Below the pieces are notes generated by a model. The model ran no database searches and had not been told where the DNA came from. It saw only the letters and a list, made by a program, of their open reading frames with translations. A stretch of DNA of 63,977 bases, the filler included, from Chiloscyllium plagiosum (lineage: Eukaryota), in the NCBI RefSeq assembly GCF_004010195.1. It is 8 parts of 8 records of this genome, joined end to end, with 100 filler letters (N's around TTAATTAATTAA, not from the genome) between each part and the next. Parts side by side here need not be neighbours in the genome. Positions count along the whole stretch, not along the records: positions 10,945 to 18,562 come from NC_057746.1; positions 18,663 to 27,024 come from NW_025206054.1; 6 more parts are not named here. One strand, given 5' to 3'. Of this stretch, positions 12,022-23,530 are shown piece by piece. The position numbers were made by a program, and so were the translations under genes. How positions within the stretch are numbered: position 1 is the stretch's first letter; every line of letters starts with the position of its first letter.

Positions 12022-12100
12022 CTGGAACAGGAGAGAGGAAGTGAGAGATCAGAGTAAGACAGCAACCCCACAGAAATGTCAGGATATGAAACCCAGAATA

Positions 12101-12512
12101 TCAATCCTGCCCACAGCTTAATTTAGTCCCAGTTGCCAGCACTTGGCGCATATCCCTCTGAACCTTCCTATTCATATACCCATCTAGATGCCTTTTAAAT
12201 GTTGTAACTGTACCAGCCTCCACCACTTCCTCTGGCAGTACATTCCATACACGCACCACCATCTGTGTGAAAAAGTTGCCTCTTAGGTCCCTTTTAAATC
12301 TTTCCTCTCTCACCTTAAACCTGTGCCCTCTAGTTCTGGACTCCCCCACCCCAGGAAAAAGATCTTGTCTATTTATCCTATCCATGCCCCTCATGATTTT
12401 ATAAACCTCGGTAAGGTCAGCCCTCAGCCTCTGACACTCCAGGGAAAACAGCCCCAGCCTATTCAGTCTCTCCCTGTAGCTCAAACCCTCCAACCCTGGC
12501 AACATCCTTGTA
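12101..12512 (-). mobile_element. CR1 LINE 3' ORF2 fragment
   Basis: MLPGLEGLSYRERLNRLGLFSLE...TRGHRFKV...WNVLPEEVVEAGT..FKRHLD. Confidence 0.92.
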
Positions 12513-12524
12513 AATCTGTTTTAT

Positions 12525-12855
12525 TCCCTCATTGGATGAGGGTGTCGGTGGTCAGGGCAGCATTTATTGCCCATCCCTAATTGCCTTGAGGGCAGTTAAG
12601 AGTCAACCACATGGCTGTGGGAATGGAGTCGCATGTAGGCCAGACCAGGTAAGGATGACAGTTTCCTTCCCTAAAAGACATTAGTGAACCAGATGGGTTT
12701 TTCCAACAATCGAAAAGGGATTCATGGTCATCGCTAGTCTCTTAATTTCAGACATTTACCGGATTCAAATCTCACTATCTGCTGTGGCGGCATTCTAACC
12801 CAGGTCCCCAGAACGTGGGGATTGACAGTCCAACGATAATACCAGCCATTGCCTC
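12525..12855 (-). mobile_element. Deu-domain-type SINE (SacSINE1-like)
   Basis: CAGCATTTATTGCCCATCCCTAATTGCC and TTCCTTCCCTAAAAGACATTAGTGAACCAGATGGG blocks recur at 26305-26600; family name is from recall. Boundaries approximate. Confidence 0.6.
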
Positions 12856-14765
12856 CTGTCAAGCTTCACAACATCCAATAGCAGAGAGACCAGAATTGAA
12901 CAGCATATTCCAAAAGTGGCCCAACCAACATCCTGTACAGCTGCAACATGACCTCCCAACTTCTTGTATTCAATGCTCTGACCAATGAAGGCAAGCGTAC
13001 CAAACGCATTCTTTAGCACCCAGAATGGCAAAAGGTTATTCACAAAGCCCTAACCGAACAGGGATGAGAGCTCCACCAATGACCCAAATCCTGTGAACAC
13101 CAACCCTGGTCCCTGCCATTAATACTCAGCATTCCAACATTAGAACTAGGGGACATCATCTGAGAATTAGGGCCAGACCATTTAGGAGAGATGTTAGAAA
13201 GCATTTCTGCACACAAAGGGTGGGAGATGTTTGGAACTTCTTCTATGTATGGTAGTGAGTGTAAGGTCAGTTGTTAATTTGAAATCTGATAGGGAGATAA
13301 TATTTTGTTTATCAAACATGCAGTATTAAGGGATATAGACCAATGACAGGTATCAGGAGTTAGGCCACAGATCTGCCATGATCTGACGTAATGGTGGAAC
13401 AGGCTTGAGGAGCTGAATGTGTTCCTAAGTCTCCTTTTAGTGTCCTCTTCTCCAAGGAGAATAGCCCCAGCTTCTCCAAGTCATTAAAATCCCTGGAAAC
13501 ATATTTTTAAATCTTTTCTGCATGCTCCCCAATACTTTCACATCTCTCTTGAGATGCCTGGAATTGATCTCCTGTATCTCCAGCTTGTGTTGAACTTGTG
13601 CTTAATGCACATTTAGCATGATGTCCTTCCCTTTTGCACTTTAGCTTTTATTTATCAGGTCAGATTGGGTTTATATTCATTGGAGTTAATCTCAAAGATT
13701 GAGACGAGATCATATTGAAATGGCGATGTTGCTGAGGAGGCTTGGCAGAGTAGATGCTGAGAGGGTGTTTCCTCTTGAGGGGATTTTCCATTTAAGACTG
13801 AGACTAAGACAGGTCAAAAATGCCTGCAATTCTCTTTGCCAGAGAGCTAGATCAATGAATACATACAAGGATGAGTTTGACAGATTTAGGATCTACAAAG
13901 GAATCGATGATTCTGGGGAGTAGGGAGGTAAATGGAGTTCAGACCTCAGTCAGGTTGGCTATGATCTCATTGAATGACAGAATAGGGCCAAAGGGATGAA
14001 TGGCCTATCCCCATTCTTATTTCTGATGTCCTTATGTTGGAAAGCAGGGACTGAAAGTTAGAGGATGAATACAATAAAGGGATTAAGAAAAAGTTGATGG
14101 AATGTTGTTGGCCTTTATCTTGAAGATTGGGACACAAAATTTAATTTTGATCTGGAGTAACTGCATTCAGTTCTGTGCCCCTCACCTCAGGAAGGGGAGT
14201 GCAGCACACATTTGCCAGAATGATATCAGAGTGGAAAGGGTGAAGTTAGGCAAACTTCAGTTTGCAGGACAGAAGGAAGATCCAGTTGAGGTGCTGAAGA
14301 TCATACAAGGTTTAAACTGCATCAATTCAGATCCCCTGGTGTGGGAGCGAAGAACAGGAGGGGATAGTCTTAAAATTAAAACTCAGTTTGTTCCAGCATG
14401 ACGTCAGTAAGTACTTCAAAGGTAGGATTCATTGAGAAAGTGAAACTTTGAGATTATATTGACATGGTGGAGTGGCCAGATAGGTGGCAGATAGGATTCA
14501 ATGTGGAGATATATGATAGGTGACATAGTTCGATACAAAGAACATGAGACAGAACATAAAGGGTACGACTCTAAAGGTAATGTGCAGGAGCAAAGAGGAC
14601 TGAGTGGACATATACACAAGCCAATAAAGGTGGAACAATAGGTAGATGAGCCATTATTAAAAATATTCAGTGTTTTAGATTTCGTAAATAAGGGCACAGA
14701 GCACAACAGCAGGGAGGGTATGACAAACTTACATGAGACACTGATTAGACTTCAACTGAGTACTG

Positions 14766-14998
14766 TGATGTGGAGGTGCCAGTGTTGGACTGGTTTGGGC
14801 AAACTTGGAAGTCACAAGACACCAAGTTATAGTCCAACAGGTTTATTTGAAATCACAAGCTTTTCGAGCACTGCTCCTTTGTCAGGCAACATGCCTAATG
14901 AAAGCTTGTGGTTTCAAATAAACCACTTGGGCTATAACCTGGAGTCGGGTGACTTCCGAGTTTGCCCACACCAGTCCAACACTGGCACCTCCACATCA
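14766..14998. repeat. Fold-back element made of two inverted Penelope-like termini
   Basis: Left arm TGATGTGGAGGTGCCAGTGTTGGACTGG...AAATCACAAGCTTT; right arm AAAGCTTGTGGTTTCAAATAAACC...CCAGTCCAACACTGGCACCTCCACATCA is its reverse complement; ~100-bp arms. Confidence 0.85.
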
Positions 14999-15629
14999 TG
15001 GCTACCATTGGTACCACAAACCTCTGGTTCAAAGTGCAGAGGATCTCCAAGTAGATCAACACAGACATCACATTTTGACAGAGGTGCAAGAGAGCAGACA
15101 AGATCCCGAAAGGACGACAGATCATAAACCTACTCAAGTTGATCTTACACACAGATTACACTGAGAGACTCTGCCACCACACTTCTCTCACACACTCCTC
15201 AAACATCAGCTCTACAGGAGAAAACGAAACCTGGAAATCGAGATGAAGTCCCTATTCTCAGCTGGTGCTCAGATCTCAGTGGACCAGCTACGAGACACTG
15301 CCAAGCAGACCTGACCTGCTGTGCTTTTCCAGTGCCACACACTCGACTCTGATCTCCAGCATCTGCAGCCCTCACTTTCTCCCTATGGTTAATACACTAG
15401 TGCAACTTACTGGCAGAGACTCTCTCACACAAAGAAACCAGAACGAACAGTCCAATCATTCTTGATTCACTGAACCAATTGGATCAGATATTTTGCGACA
15501 AATAATTTGCCAATAATCTTTCCACTGCCAGTCCTGGGAGCTGTGTCCCGGGAGAATGAAACTGAACCCAGTCCCAAGTTAAAAATCACATAACACCAGG
15601 TTATCGTCCAACAGGTTTAATTGGAAGCA

Positions 15630-15664
15630 CACTAGCTTTCGGAGTGACCCTCCTTCATCAGGTG
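15630..15664 (-). ncRNA. Minimal type I hammerhead ribozyme motif
   Basis: Minus strand CAC-CTGATGA-A-GGAG-GGTCA-CTCC-GAAA-GC-TA-GTG: intact catalytic boxes, stem II, and CAC/GTG stem I. Confidence 0.75.
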
Positions 15665-16947
15665 ATAGTGGAAGGCTCAATCCTAACACACAGAATTTAT
15701 AGCAAAAATTTACAGTGTGATGTAACTGAAATTATACATTGAAAAATTGATTGTCTGTTTAGCCTTTCACCTGTTGGAATACAGTGATAGTTTCACTTCT
15801 TTCATGTGTAAATCACAAAACCTTTTTTTAAAAAAGTTGCATTCTCAGGTTAGCTGTTAAAAATAGTGATAGCTAGACAATATGTTGAAGGTGTTTGCCC
15901 CCTGTGTTCTCTGTCTATGCCATGATGTTTAGATTGATTCTAATCTAAAAAGTGAGATAACGGAGTTTTACATAAATTCATGCAGTTTTTGAGCTCAGAG
16001 TTCTACACGAATGCATGCAGTTTTTGAGCAAAGTACAATGTAACCCTGAAAGTACAAATTCACCCCACAAAATGTGTGTATGCATGTGGGTCTTTGTCTG
16101 TCTGCGTGTGTGTGTCTGTCTGGGTTGGGGGTTGTGAGTGTGAGAAAGTGTGTGTGTGTAGTGAGTGCAGAGTGTCTTAAGTCTGTGAGCATGTGGGATT
16201 GTGTGTGTCTGTAAGGGTGTGTGTGGGTGTCTGTGTGCGCGTCTGTGTGTATGTGTGTCCATGTGTAAGTGTGTATAGGAGTGCCTGTGTGTGTGTGTAT
16301 AGTGCAATGGTGGTCACCTGTAATGTGACATGAATCCAAGGTCCCGGTTGAGGCCCTCCCTATGGGTACCGAACTTAGCTATCAGCCTCTGCTCAGCCAC
16401 TTTTCTCTGCTGCCTGTCCCGAAGTCCACCTTGGAGGATGGTCACCCGAAGGTCCGAGGCTGAATGTCCTGGACCACTGAAGAGTTCCCCAACTGGGAGG
16501 GCACCCTCCTGTCTGTTAATTGTTGTACGGTGCCCATTCATCTGTTGTCGTAGCCTTTGCTCGGTTTCCCCAATGTACAATGCCACCGGGCATCCTTGCC
16601 TGCAACGTATAAGATAGACAACATTGGCTGAGTCACATGAGTACCTGCCACGTACAAGGTGGGAGGTGTTCCCACACGTAATGGTGGTATCTCTGTCCAC
16701 ACTCTGACACGTCTTGCAGCGCCTACCGCGACAGGGTTGTATGGAGTTGTCCTGAGAGCCGGGCAGCTTGCTACGATCTGTTTGAGGTTTGGCGGTTGTT
16801 TAAAGGCAAGTAGTGGAGGTGTGGGGAAGACCTTGGTGAGGTGCTTATTCTCATTGATAATGTGTTAACAATCAACTTTTCAATGTATAATTTCAGTTAC
16901 ATCACACTGTAAATTTTGCTATAAATTAGAATTGAGCTCTCAACGAC

Positions 16948-16982
16948 CACCTGATGAAGGAGCGTCGCTCCGAAAGCTAGTG
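16948..16982 (+). ncRNA. Minimal type I hammerhead ribozyme motif
   Basis: CAC-CTGATGA-A-GGAGC-GTC-GCTCC-GAAA-GC-TA-GTG: perfect 5-bp stem II, palindromic AGCT at stem III, predicted cleavage after UA. Confidence 0.8.
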
Positions 16983-17550
16983 TGCTTCCAATTAAACCTG
17001 TTGGACTATAACCTGGTGTTGTGTGATTTTGAACTTTGTATACCCCAGTCCAACACCGGCATATCCAAATCAGAACCCAGTTCCGGTTTACTCAGGCACC
17101 TTCACACTGATTGGGTCAATGCCATTTTGGGTCCAATCAGAATAAAACGACACAGAGAGTCATCAAACTCCGCTAGAACAGACTCAAAACAAGTTGAAAC
17201 AAATCACACAACACTCGCAGACTCTCCCAGAGATAAACATCGCGAAAGAGTCACACTGGGTTCCGGACGTTAGTAATCAAACAACACAAGGTTATTTGGA
17301 AGGATGAGCTTGTTGGACTCAACCTGTTGTTGTGTGATTATTTTTAACTTTGTCCGCCCCAGCACAAAAACCGGCAGCCCCACATCATGGCAGCAGAACG
17401 GCCACTCTTTTACCTGACCGCAGATACTGTCCCACCCTCGGGGGGGGGCGCGGTTTCCAATGTGTGTCAGATTTCCAGTAGATATACTGGACCGCTGCAT
17501 ATCAGCAGCTGCCAGGAGGATGGGCAGAGGCGATATGTAAAACGCAGAAA

Positions 17551-18193
17551 GAGGCCATTCCACCCCTCGGTACTGTCACACAGCAGTAGCAATAGGCCAT
17601 TCTGCCCCTCAACGCTGTCACACAGCAGGACGAAGAGGCCGTTCAGTCCCTCGATACTGTCACACAGCAGGAGGAAGATGCTGTTCAGTCCATCGACACA
17701 GCCACTTAGCAGGAGCAAGAGGCCATTCAGCCCCTCGATACTGTCACACAGCAGAAGGAAGAGGCCGTTCTATCCATCGATACTGTCACACAGCAGGAGT
17801 AGTAGGCTATTCTGCCCCTCGATACTGTCACACAGCAGGAGCAAGAGGCCATTCAGCCCCTCGATACTGTCACACAGCAGGAGCAAGAGGCCATTCCACC
17901 CCTCCATACTGTTACACAGCAGAAGGAAGAGGCCGTTCTGCCCATCGATACTGTCACACAGCAGGAGCAAGAGGCCATTCCACCCCTCGGTACTGTCACA
18001 CAGCAGAAGGAAGAGGTCATTCAGTCCCTCGACACTATCACACAGCAGAAGGAAGAGGCCATTCAGTCCCTCAATACTGTCACACATCAGGAGCAAGAGG
18101 CCGTTCAGCCCCTCGATACTGTCACACAGCAGGCGCAAGAGGCCATTCAGCACCTCGATGCTGTCACACAGCAGGAGCAAGAGTCCGTTCAGC
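17551..18193. repeat. 42-bp minisatellite, about 15 copies
   Basis: Unit TACTGTCACACAGCAGGAGCAAGAGGCCATTCAGCCCCTCGA; translates as the 14-aa repeat ILSHSRSKRPFSPS. Confidence 0.95.
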
Positions 18194-18562
18194 ACGGAAA
18201 CAGACCCTTCGGTCCAACCTGTCCATGCCGACCAGATATCCCAACCCAATCTAGTCCGACCTGCCAGCACCCGACCCATATCCCTCCAAACCCATCCTGT
18301 TCATATACCCATCCAAATGCCTCTTAAATGTTGTAATTGCACCAGCCTCCTGTGGTAGCTCATCCCATACACGTACCACCCTCGGCGTGAAAAAGTTGCC
18401 CCTTAGGTCTCTTTTATATCTTTCCCCTCTCACCCTAAACTTATGCCCTCTAGTTCTGGACTCCCTGACCCCAGGGAAAAGACTTTGTCTATTTATCCTA
18501 TCCATGCCCCTCATAATTTTGTAAACCTCTATAAGGTCACCCCTCAGTCTCCGACGCTCCAG
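18190..18562 (-). mobile_element. CR1 LINE 3' end
   Basis: MRGMDRINRQSLFPGVRESRTRGHKFRV...RVWDELP...FKRHLD plus the 3' UTR. Confidence 0.9.
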
Positions 18563-19589
18563 NNNNNNNNNNNNNNNNNNNNNNNNNNNNNNNNNNNNNN
18601 NNNNNNTTAATTAATTAANNNNNNNNNNNNNNNNNNNNNNNNNNNNNNNNNNNNNNNNNNNNGCAGTGACCCTGTCTGACCCCACGACATTGAGACTCTT
18701 TGCAGCCTCACCCTTGACCCTCAGCCCAGCAGTATGCAGCAAGGTTCGAAATGTAATCTAGAACCTTTTACACAGACACCCCAATGTGACTCTTTCCCGA
18801 AGTGTGTGGATCTGAGTCTGCTCCAATGTTCTTGGAAAAAGTTCTCCTGATCTGTGGGTGATCGGAGGTTTGTTAAAGAGGTATCGAGCTCCATCCCACT
18901 TTCCAGCTCTTGCTCCATAGCTTTGGAGGTTTCGCTGTTTGAAGTGAATATCCAAGTGTTTTTTCAATGTGATGAGTGTTTCTGCCTCTCCCACCCTTTC
19001 AGACAGTGAGTCCCAGATCCCACCAGCCTCTGGGTGAAAGCAAATACCCTCAACTCCCCTATAATCCTGCCCCCAACTGATTTCAATCTCTCCCCATGGT
19101 TGTTGCCCTCTGTGCTGGTGGAAATCAGTCCTTCCTACCCACTCTGTCCAGGCCCCTCATCATTTTACACACCACCATCAAATCTCCCCTCAGCCAACTG
19201 TGTTCCAAAGAAAACACTCCCAGCCAAACCAATCATTCGTCAAAGCTCAAAGTCCCCATTCCAGACAAACTCCTCGTCTGTCCCCATCTCTAATGGAATC
19301 ACATCCTTCCTGTAATGTGGTGACCAGAACCATACACTGTTCTCTCACTGTGCTCTAACTGGGGTTTTATACAATTCCAGAATAAACAAACTCCTTGCTT
19401 TCACAGTCAACCAAGGTGATGGTCTAATGGTATTATTGCTGACCTGTTAACCCAGAGATCCAGATAATGTTCTGGGGCCCAGGGTTAGAATCCAGCAGAT
19501 GGTAGCATTCAAATTCAATCAAAAAAATCTGCAATTAAGAGTCTAATGATGACCATGAAACCATTGTTGATTGTCAGGAAAAAGCCATC

Positions 19590-19900
19590 TAGATTAGATT
19601 ACATTACAGTGTGGAAACAGGCCCTTCGGCCCAACAAGTCCACACCGACCCGCCAAGCGCAACCTACCCATACCCCTACATTTACCCCTTACCTAACACT
19701 ACGGGCAATTTAGCATGACCTATTCACCTGACCTGCACATCTTTGGACTGTCGGAGGAAACCGGAGCACCCGGAGGAAACCCACGCAGACACGGGGAGAA
19801 CGTGCAAACTCCACACAGTCAGTCGCCTGAGGCGGGAATTGAACCCGGGTCTCAGGTGCTGTGAGGCAGCAATGCTAACCACTGTGCCACCATGCTGCCC
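19590..19900 (-). mobile_element. Full-length HE1/V-SINE nested in a Deu-type SINE (~19410-20070, + strand)
   Basis: Minus-strand A box TGGCACAGTGG, B box GGTTCAATTCC and (TCTAA)n tail; the host SINE sequence resumes on both sides. Confidence 0.85.
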
Positions 19901-21197
19901 ACAAATCTGATTCATTAATGTCCTTTCGGGAAAGAAACTGCCGTCCGTATCATGTGACCTCAAACCCAGAGCAATGTGGTTGACTCTAAACTGCCCTCTG
20001 GGTGATTAGCGATGGGCAATACATGCTGCTGATCCAGCGATTGCCCTCATTCCATCAAGGGAAAATGAAAAACAGTTTATCCCATTTGTCTTCTTACCAC
20101 CTTACTGACCTGCATTAAACACCATTGCCACATCTTCCGCCTCCACCCACATTTGACTTCCAGCTTCAAACTGATGAGAGACATTTCTTCATTATCTGAG
20201 AGATAGAAACATCCAAACTAGGAGCAGCAATAAGCCATTCGGCCCCTCAAGTCTTCTCCACCAATCAATATGATCATGGCTGATCATCCAACACAGTTCC
20301 CTGCTCCTGCTTTCTCCCCACATTCTTTGATCCCTTTAATCCGAAGAACTATATCTAATTCTTTATTGAACACATACTGCATCTAATTCCACCATGCTGG
20401 TAAAATGGATGAGAATTATTGAGTTGTGGTTTTTTGACCAGTATGGACACAATAGGCTGATGGGCCTTTTGGGTGTCTCTGACTCTATGACTCTATTATA
20501 TTATATTATGAATAACTGAGTACCAAGAACTGACACGTGTGGTATCCTAAGTTGTAACTACCTGTCATTCAGAAAAAAACTTTCTGTCTGTCTACCAACC
20601 AATTCCCAATCCATGTCAGTACATGACCCCAATCCTCTTGTTCATTCAGTCTAGATCTGGGAGTCCCACCCTTACTCATTGTGGGAACAGATTCTGAACG
20701 ATCTCTATCTCGTCCTTCGAAGGCTCCCACTGCCTCGACACTGATTTCCGATCATGTCGCTGGTTCCAATCCACTTTTACCAAAACACCACACAGTTGAG
20801 TAAAATGAAAACTTTTACACTTGCTCCATGGTTCTCCATTTCCATCCCTACTCTCAAGCTCACTGAGTTCTGATCACTGGCACTGAAATGCTCCCCCATT
20901 GATAGCCCTTCCAGCTGCCCACATTCATTTTATAAACAATGGCCCCAAACTGTCCCTTCTCTCTCTGCTGCTTCACCATCACCTTCTCAGGAGCAATTAG
21001 GGATGGACAATAAATGCTGGCCCTGCCAGTGACACTCACATCCCACGAAGCAATTTGAACAATGCCTGGTCGTTTGTTGGGTTTATTCTGTATTGACTAC
21101 AAATGTTCAAAAAGATTGAATGGCCAGTGAATATTGGGAGGTTTGAATTCCCTTCCAGTGGTAGGAATTAAAATTGTTTTTTTCTCTTGTCTTTCAG

Positions 21198-21526
21198 GCC
21201 GTGAGAACTCTCAGCCCAAGCTGACCCTGCTGCCCCCCTCCCCAGAGCAGGTCAATGCCAAGGGCACTGCCACCCTGGTGTGCCTTGCCAATCACTTCTA
21301 TCCCGATGAGCTGGAGGTGCAGTGGAAGAAGGACGGTGCAGTCATTTCGGACGGGGTTCAGACCAGCAACTACCTGCGAGCTTTGGACAGCACCTACAGT
21401 GTCAGCAGCCTGCTGACCCTCTCTGGGTCTGACTGGGAGTCCAACGCTCGCTTCTCCTGTGCCCTCACCCACGTGACTCTCTCCTCTCCCGTTAGCAAGA
21501 GCATCAGGAGATCAGAATGTGTGTAG
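21198..21526 (+). CDS. IGKC: Ig light chain kappa (NS4/type III) constant exon, intact
   Basis: Acceptor tctttcag|GCCGTGAG; RENSQPKLTLLPPSPEQVNAKGTATLVCLANHFYPDELEVQWKKDG...FSCALTHVTLSSPVSKSIRRSECV*; both intradomain Cys, the core Trp and the penultimate interchain Cys are present. No V or J seen in this contig. Confidence 0.95.
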
Positions 21527-22050
21527 AGTGTTTGAGACAGTCCACAGAGGAGACACAACTTAAAACAGAACAGGGCTGAGCTGGCAGGGCAAAGGTCATT
21601 GTCAGCACTGAATTTCAATTCTCTTCCTTTTCAGGACTGGCTCAGAGACACTTCTGAGGTTCAGGAGTTAAGGCAGGTTATTGGGAAGGTTAAAGAGAGT
21701 TTTATGCTGTGTCAAATCTCATGTTGTCCTTGTCCTGGGAGTGTATGATGGGAACAGTGTTGTCTTGTGATGCCAAGTAAAAACTTTCAAAGATGCTGAA
21801 GACTGTCAGCTGTACAAAACAATGTGAACCTCAGAAGTCTCTGCTTCAGTAAACCAGATCTCCTTCCTGCTCAGCCGTCAGTTCCATTTTAAGGTTTTGT
21901 CACTGTTTAAAGGGACAGGATTCTCATGTTATTGAGAAAATCTCCACAAGTGTTTTCCTCAAGCTCCATTGTGGCTGTGATTTGTGCAGCTTCCTCTGTC
22001 TGGGCTGTTAATTGCAGTCTGTTTTCTGTTAATGTCAATCTGGAAAAGGG

Positions 22051-22056
22051 AATAAA
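22051..22056 (+). promoter_or_regulatory. Probable polyadenylation signal of the kappa C exon
   Basis: AATAAA ~525 nt after the stop codon, conserved in the paralog, followed by a TCTCTGTG-rich tract. Confidence 0.65.
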
Positions 22057-22095
22057 GATGAAGAAGGTTCAGTCTCTGTCTCTGTGTACTTTGGA

Positions 22096-22356
22096 TTTTT
22101 TTTAAGAGGATATCTGACACTCCTGTTCTTTTATTTTATAACACCCCCACACTATCGCCTAACTGTAGTACTGCTTATATTTTCCCCAGCACCCATGTTG
22201 CGTGTATGCAGGTGTGGGATACAGTGAAAGACACAAGGTGTACAAATCTTTATTCAATTTCCACCAAGAGAAAGAAAGGAAACAGCCAAGTGGCCAGTGA
22301 CAAGCAATGTCCTTCTTCGAGGGCAATGCTACATGATCAAACAGTGAAGGGGAGGG
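22096..22356 (-). mobile_element. Polyadenylated retroposon insertion with 14-bp target site duplication
   Basis: Absent from the paralog (6380-6395); flanked by CTGTGTAC(T/A)TTGGA at 22082-22095 and 22357-22370; T-run at 22096 is a minus-strand poly(A). Confidence 0.85.
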
Positions 22357-23409
22357 CTGTGTACATTGGAAATGGACTGCTGCCCTGAGCTGATTGGCTG
22401 CATTTCAGCAGGTTATTGTCACAATTGGCTACTTTGCCTGTCAATCAATTACATGTCTGTTGTTGGTGATACTGACAGCCAATCAGCAATCACTTTTAAA
22501 TGATCCATTTGATCTGGAATCTGTCAAGGTTACAAACAGAACAGAAACTGAAAGCTGTTGGGACTCAATAATTCCAATCTGAGGCATTCCCTCCTCACTC
22601 TGTTGGTCCAGACGCAGCTGGTGGGATTGCACTGTGCACTCTGTTGTATGCCTGGTAGCACCTGAAATGATGTTCAGCCTATCACAGATACTGCCGGCTG
22701 TGCGTTTCTGTAAGTGTGAGTGCATTACTTAATGCTGCTTGTACATGTCTCTTTGAGGTATGAGTATGAGTATGAGTATGAGTGTGTTACACAGACAGAT
22801 ACCTACAGACAGCACTGAGTAACACACCCACATTCAGAGAGACACCTACAGGCAGCATGGAGTGTGAGCATTTTACACAGTGCTGCCTGTCTCTCTGACT
22901 GTGTGTGTTACTTAGTGCAGCCTGTTGGTGTCTCTCTGAGGTATTTGTCTCTTAGCGGTGGATACAGAATGGGCTTTGTGCTGGAGATTAAAGATTAGGC
23001 TTTAAATCTTCTCAAATCATGAATGAAAAACAGTTCAGCTGATTCAGTCTGAGATGGCAGCTCATTGAGATGGCCAAATTTCCTCAGCTGCCTGAGGAGA
23101 GACACTGACTGGCAGCACTGTGTGACCTGCTCACACTCAGAGAGACACCTACAGGCAGCATGGGGTGTGAGCATATTACTCAGTACTGTCTGGCTCTCTC
23201 AGTGTGTGTGTTATTCTGTTCTGATCGTCGGTATCTCACTGAGTGTGAGTATGCTACTCTGTGATGCCTGTAGGTGACTCTGAGGTATTTGTCTCTTGGC
23301 GGTGGATAGAGAATGGGTTTTGTGATGGGGATTGAAGATGAGGCTTTAATCTTCTCAAATCTCAGATGAAAAACAATTCAGTTTGAGATGGTACCTCAGT
23401 GAGATGGCT

Positions 23410-23530
23410 AAAGTTAAAAATTACACAACACCAGGTTAGAGTCCAATAGGTTTATTTGGAAGTACAAGCTTTCGGAGTGCTGCTCCTTCATCTGGTAGCT
23501 AGCAGGGCAGGATCATAGTTCACAGAATTT
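23410..23530 (-). mobile_element. Penelope-like terminal fragment with degenerate hammerhead motif
   Basis: Minus strand CCAGATGA-A-GGAGC-AGC-ACTCC-GAAAGCTTG; paralogous position to 5679-5762. Confidence 0.65.

Larger units (their letters stand above)
15576..17072 (-). mobile_element. Penelope-like retroelement (5'-truncated) with GIY-YIG endonuclease and inverted terminal repeat
   Basis: ORF 16314..16700: NVVYLIRC..C...YIGET..RL..MNGHR...E..LI.KF.T...GLN; 16870-17035 is an inverted copy of parts of 15576-15753; flanking direct repeat GAACCCAGT(C/T)CC at 15564-15575 and 17073-17084. Confidence 0.9.

Noticed and set aside
15978-16339. His/Thr-rich ORFs
   Set aside because: Translation of a (GT)n/(CA)n-rich tract inside the Penelope element.
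17551-18193. CRISPR-like array
   Set aside because: The units are contiguous with no unique spacers, there are no cas genes, and the context is vertebrate; it is a minisatellite.
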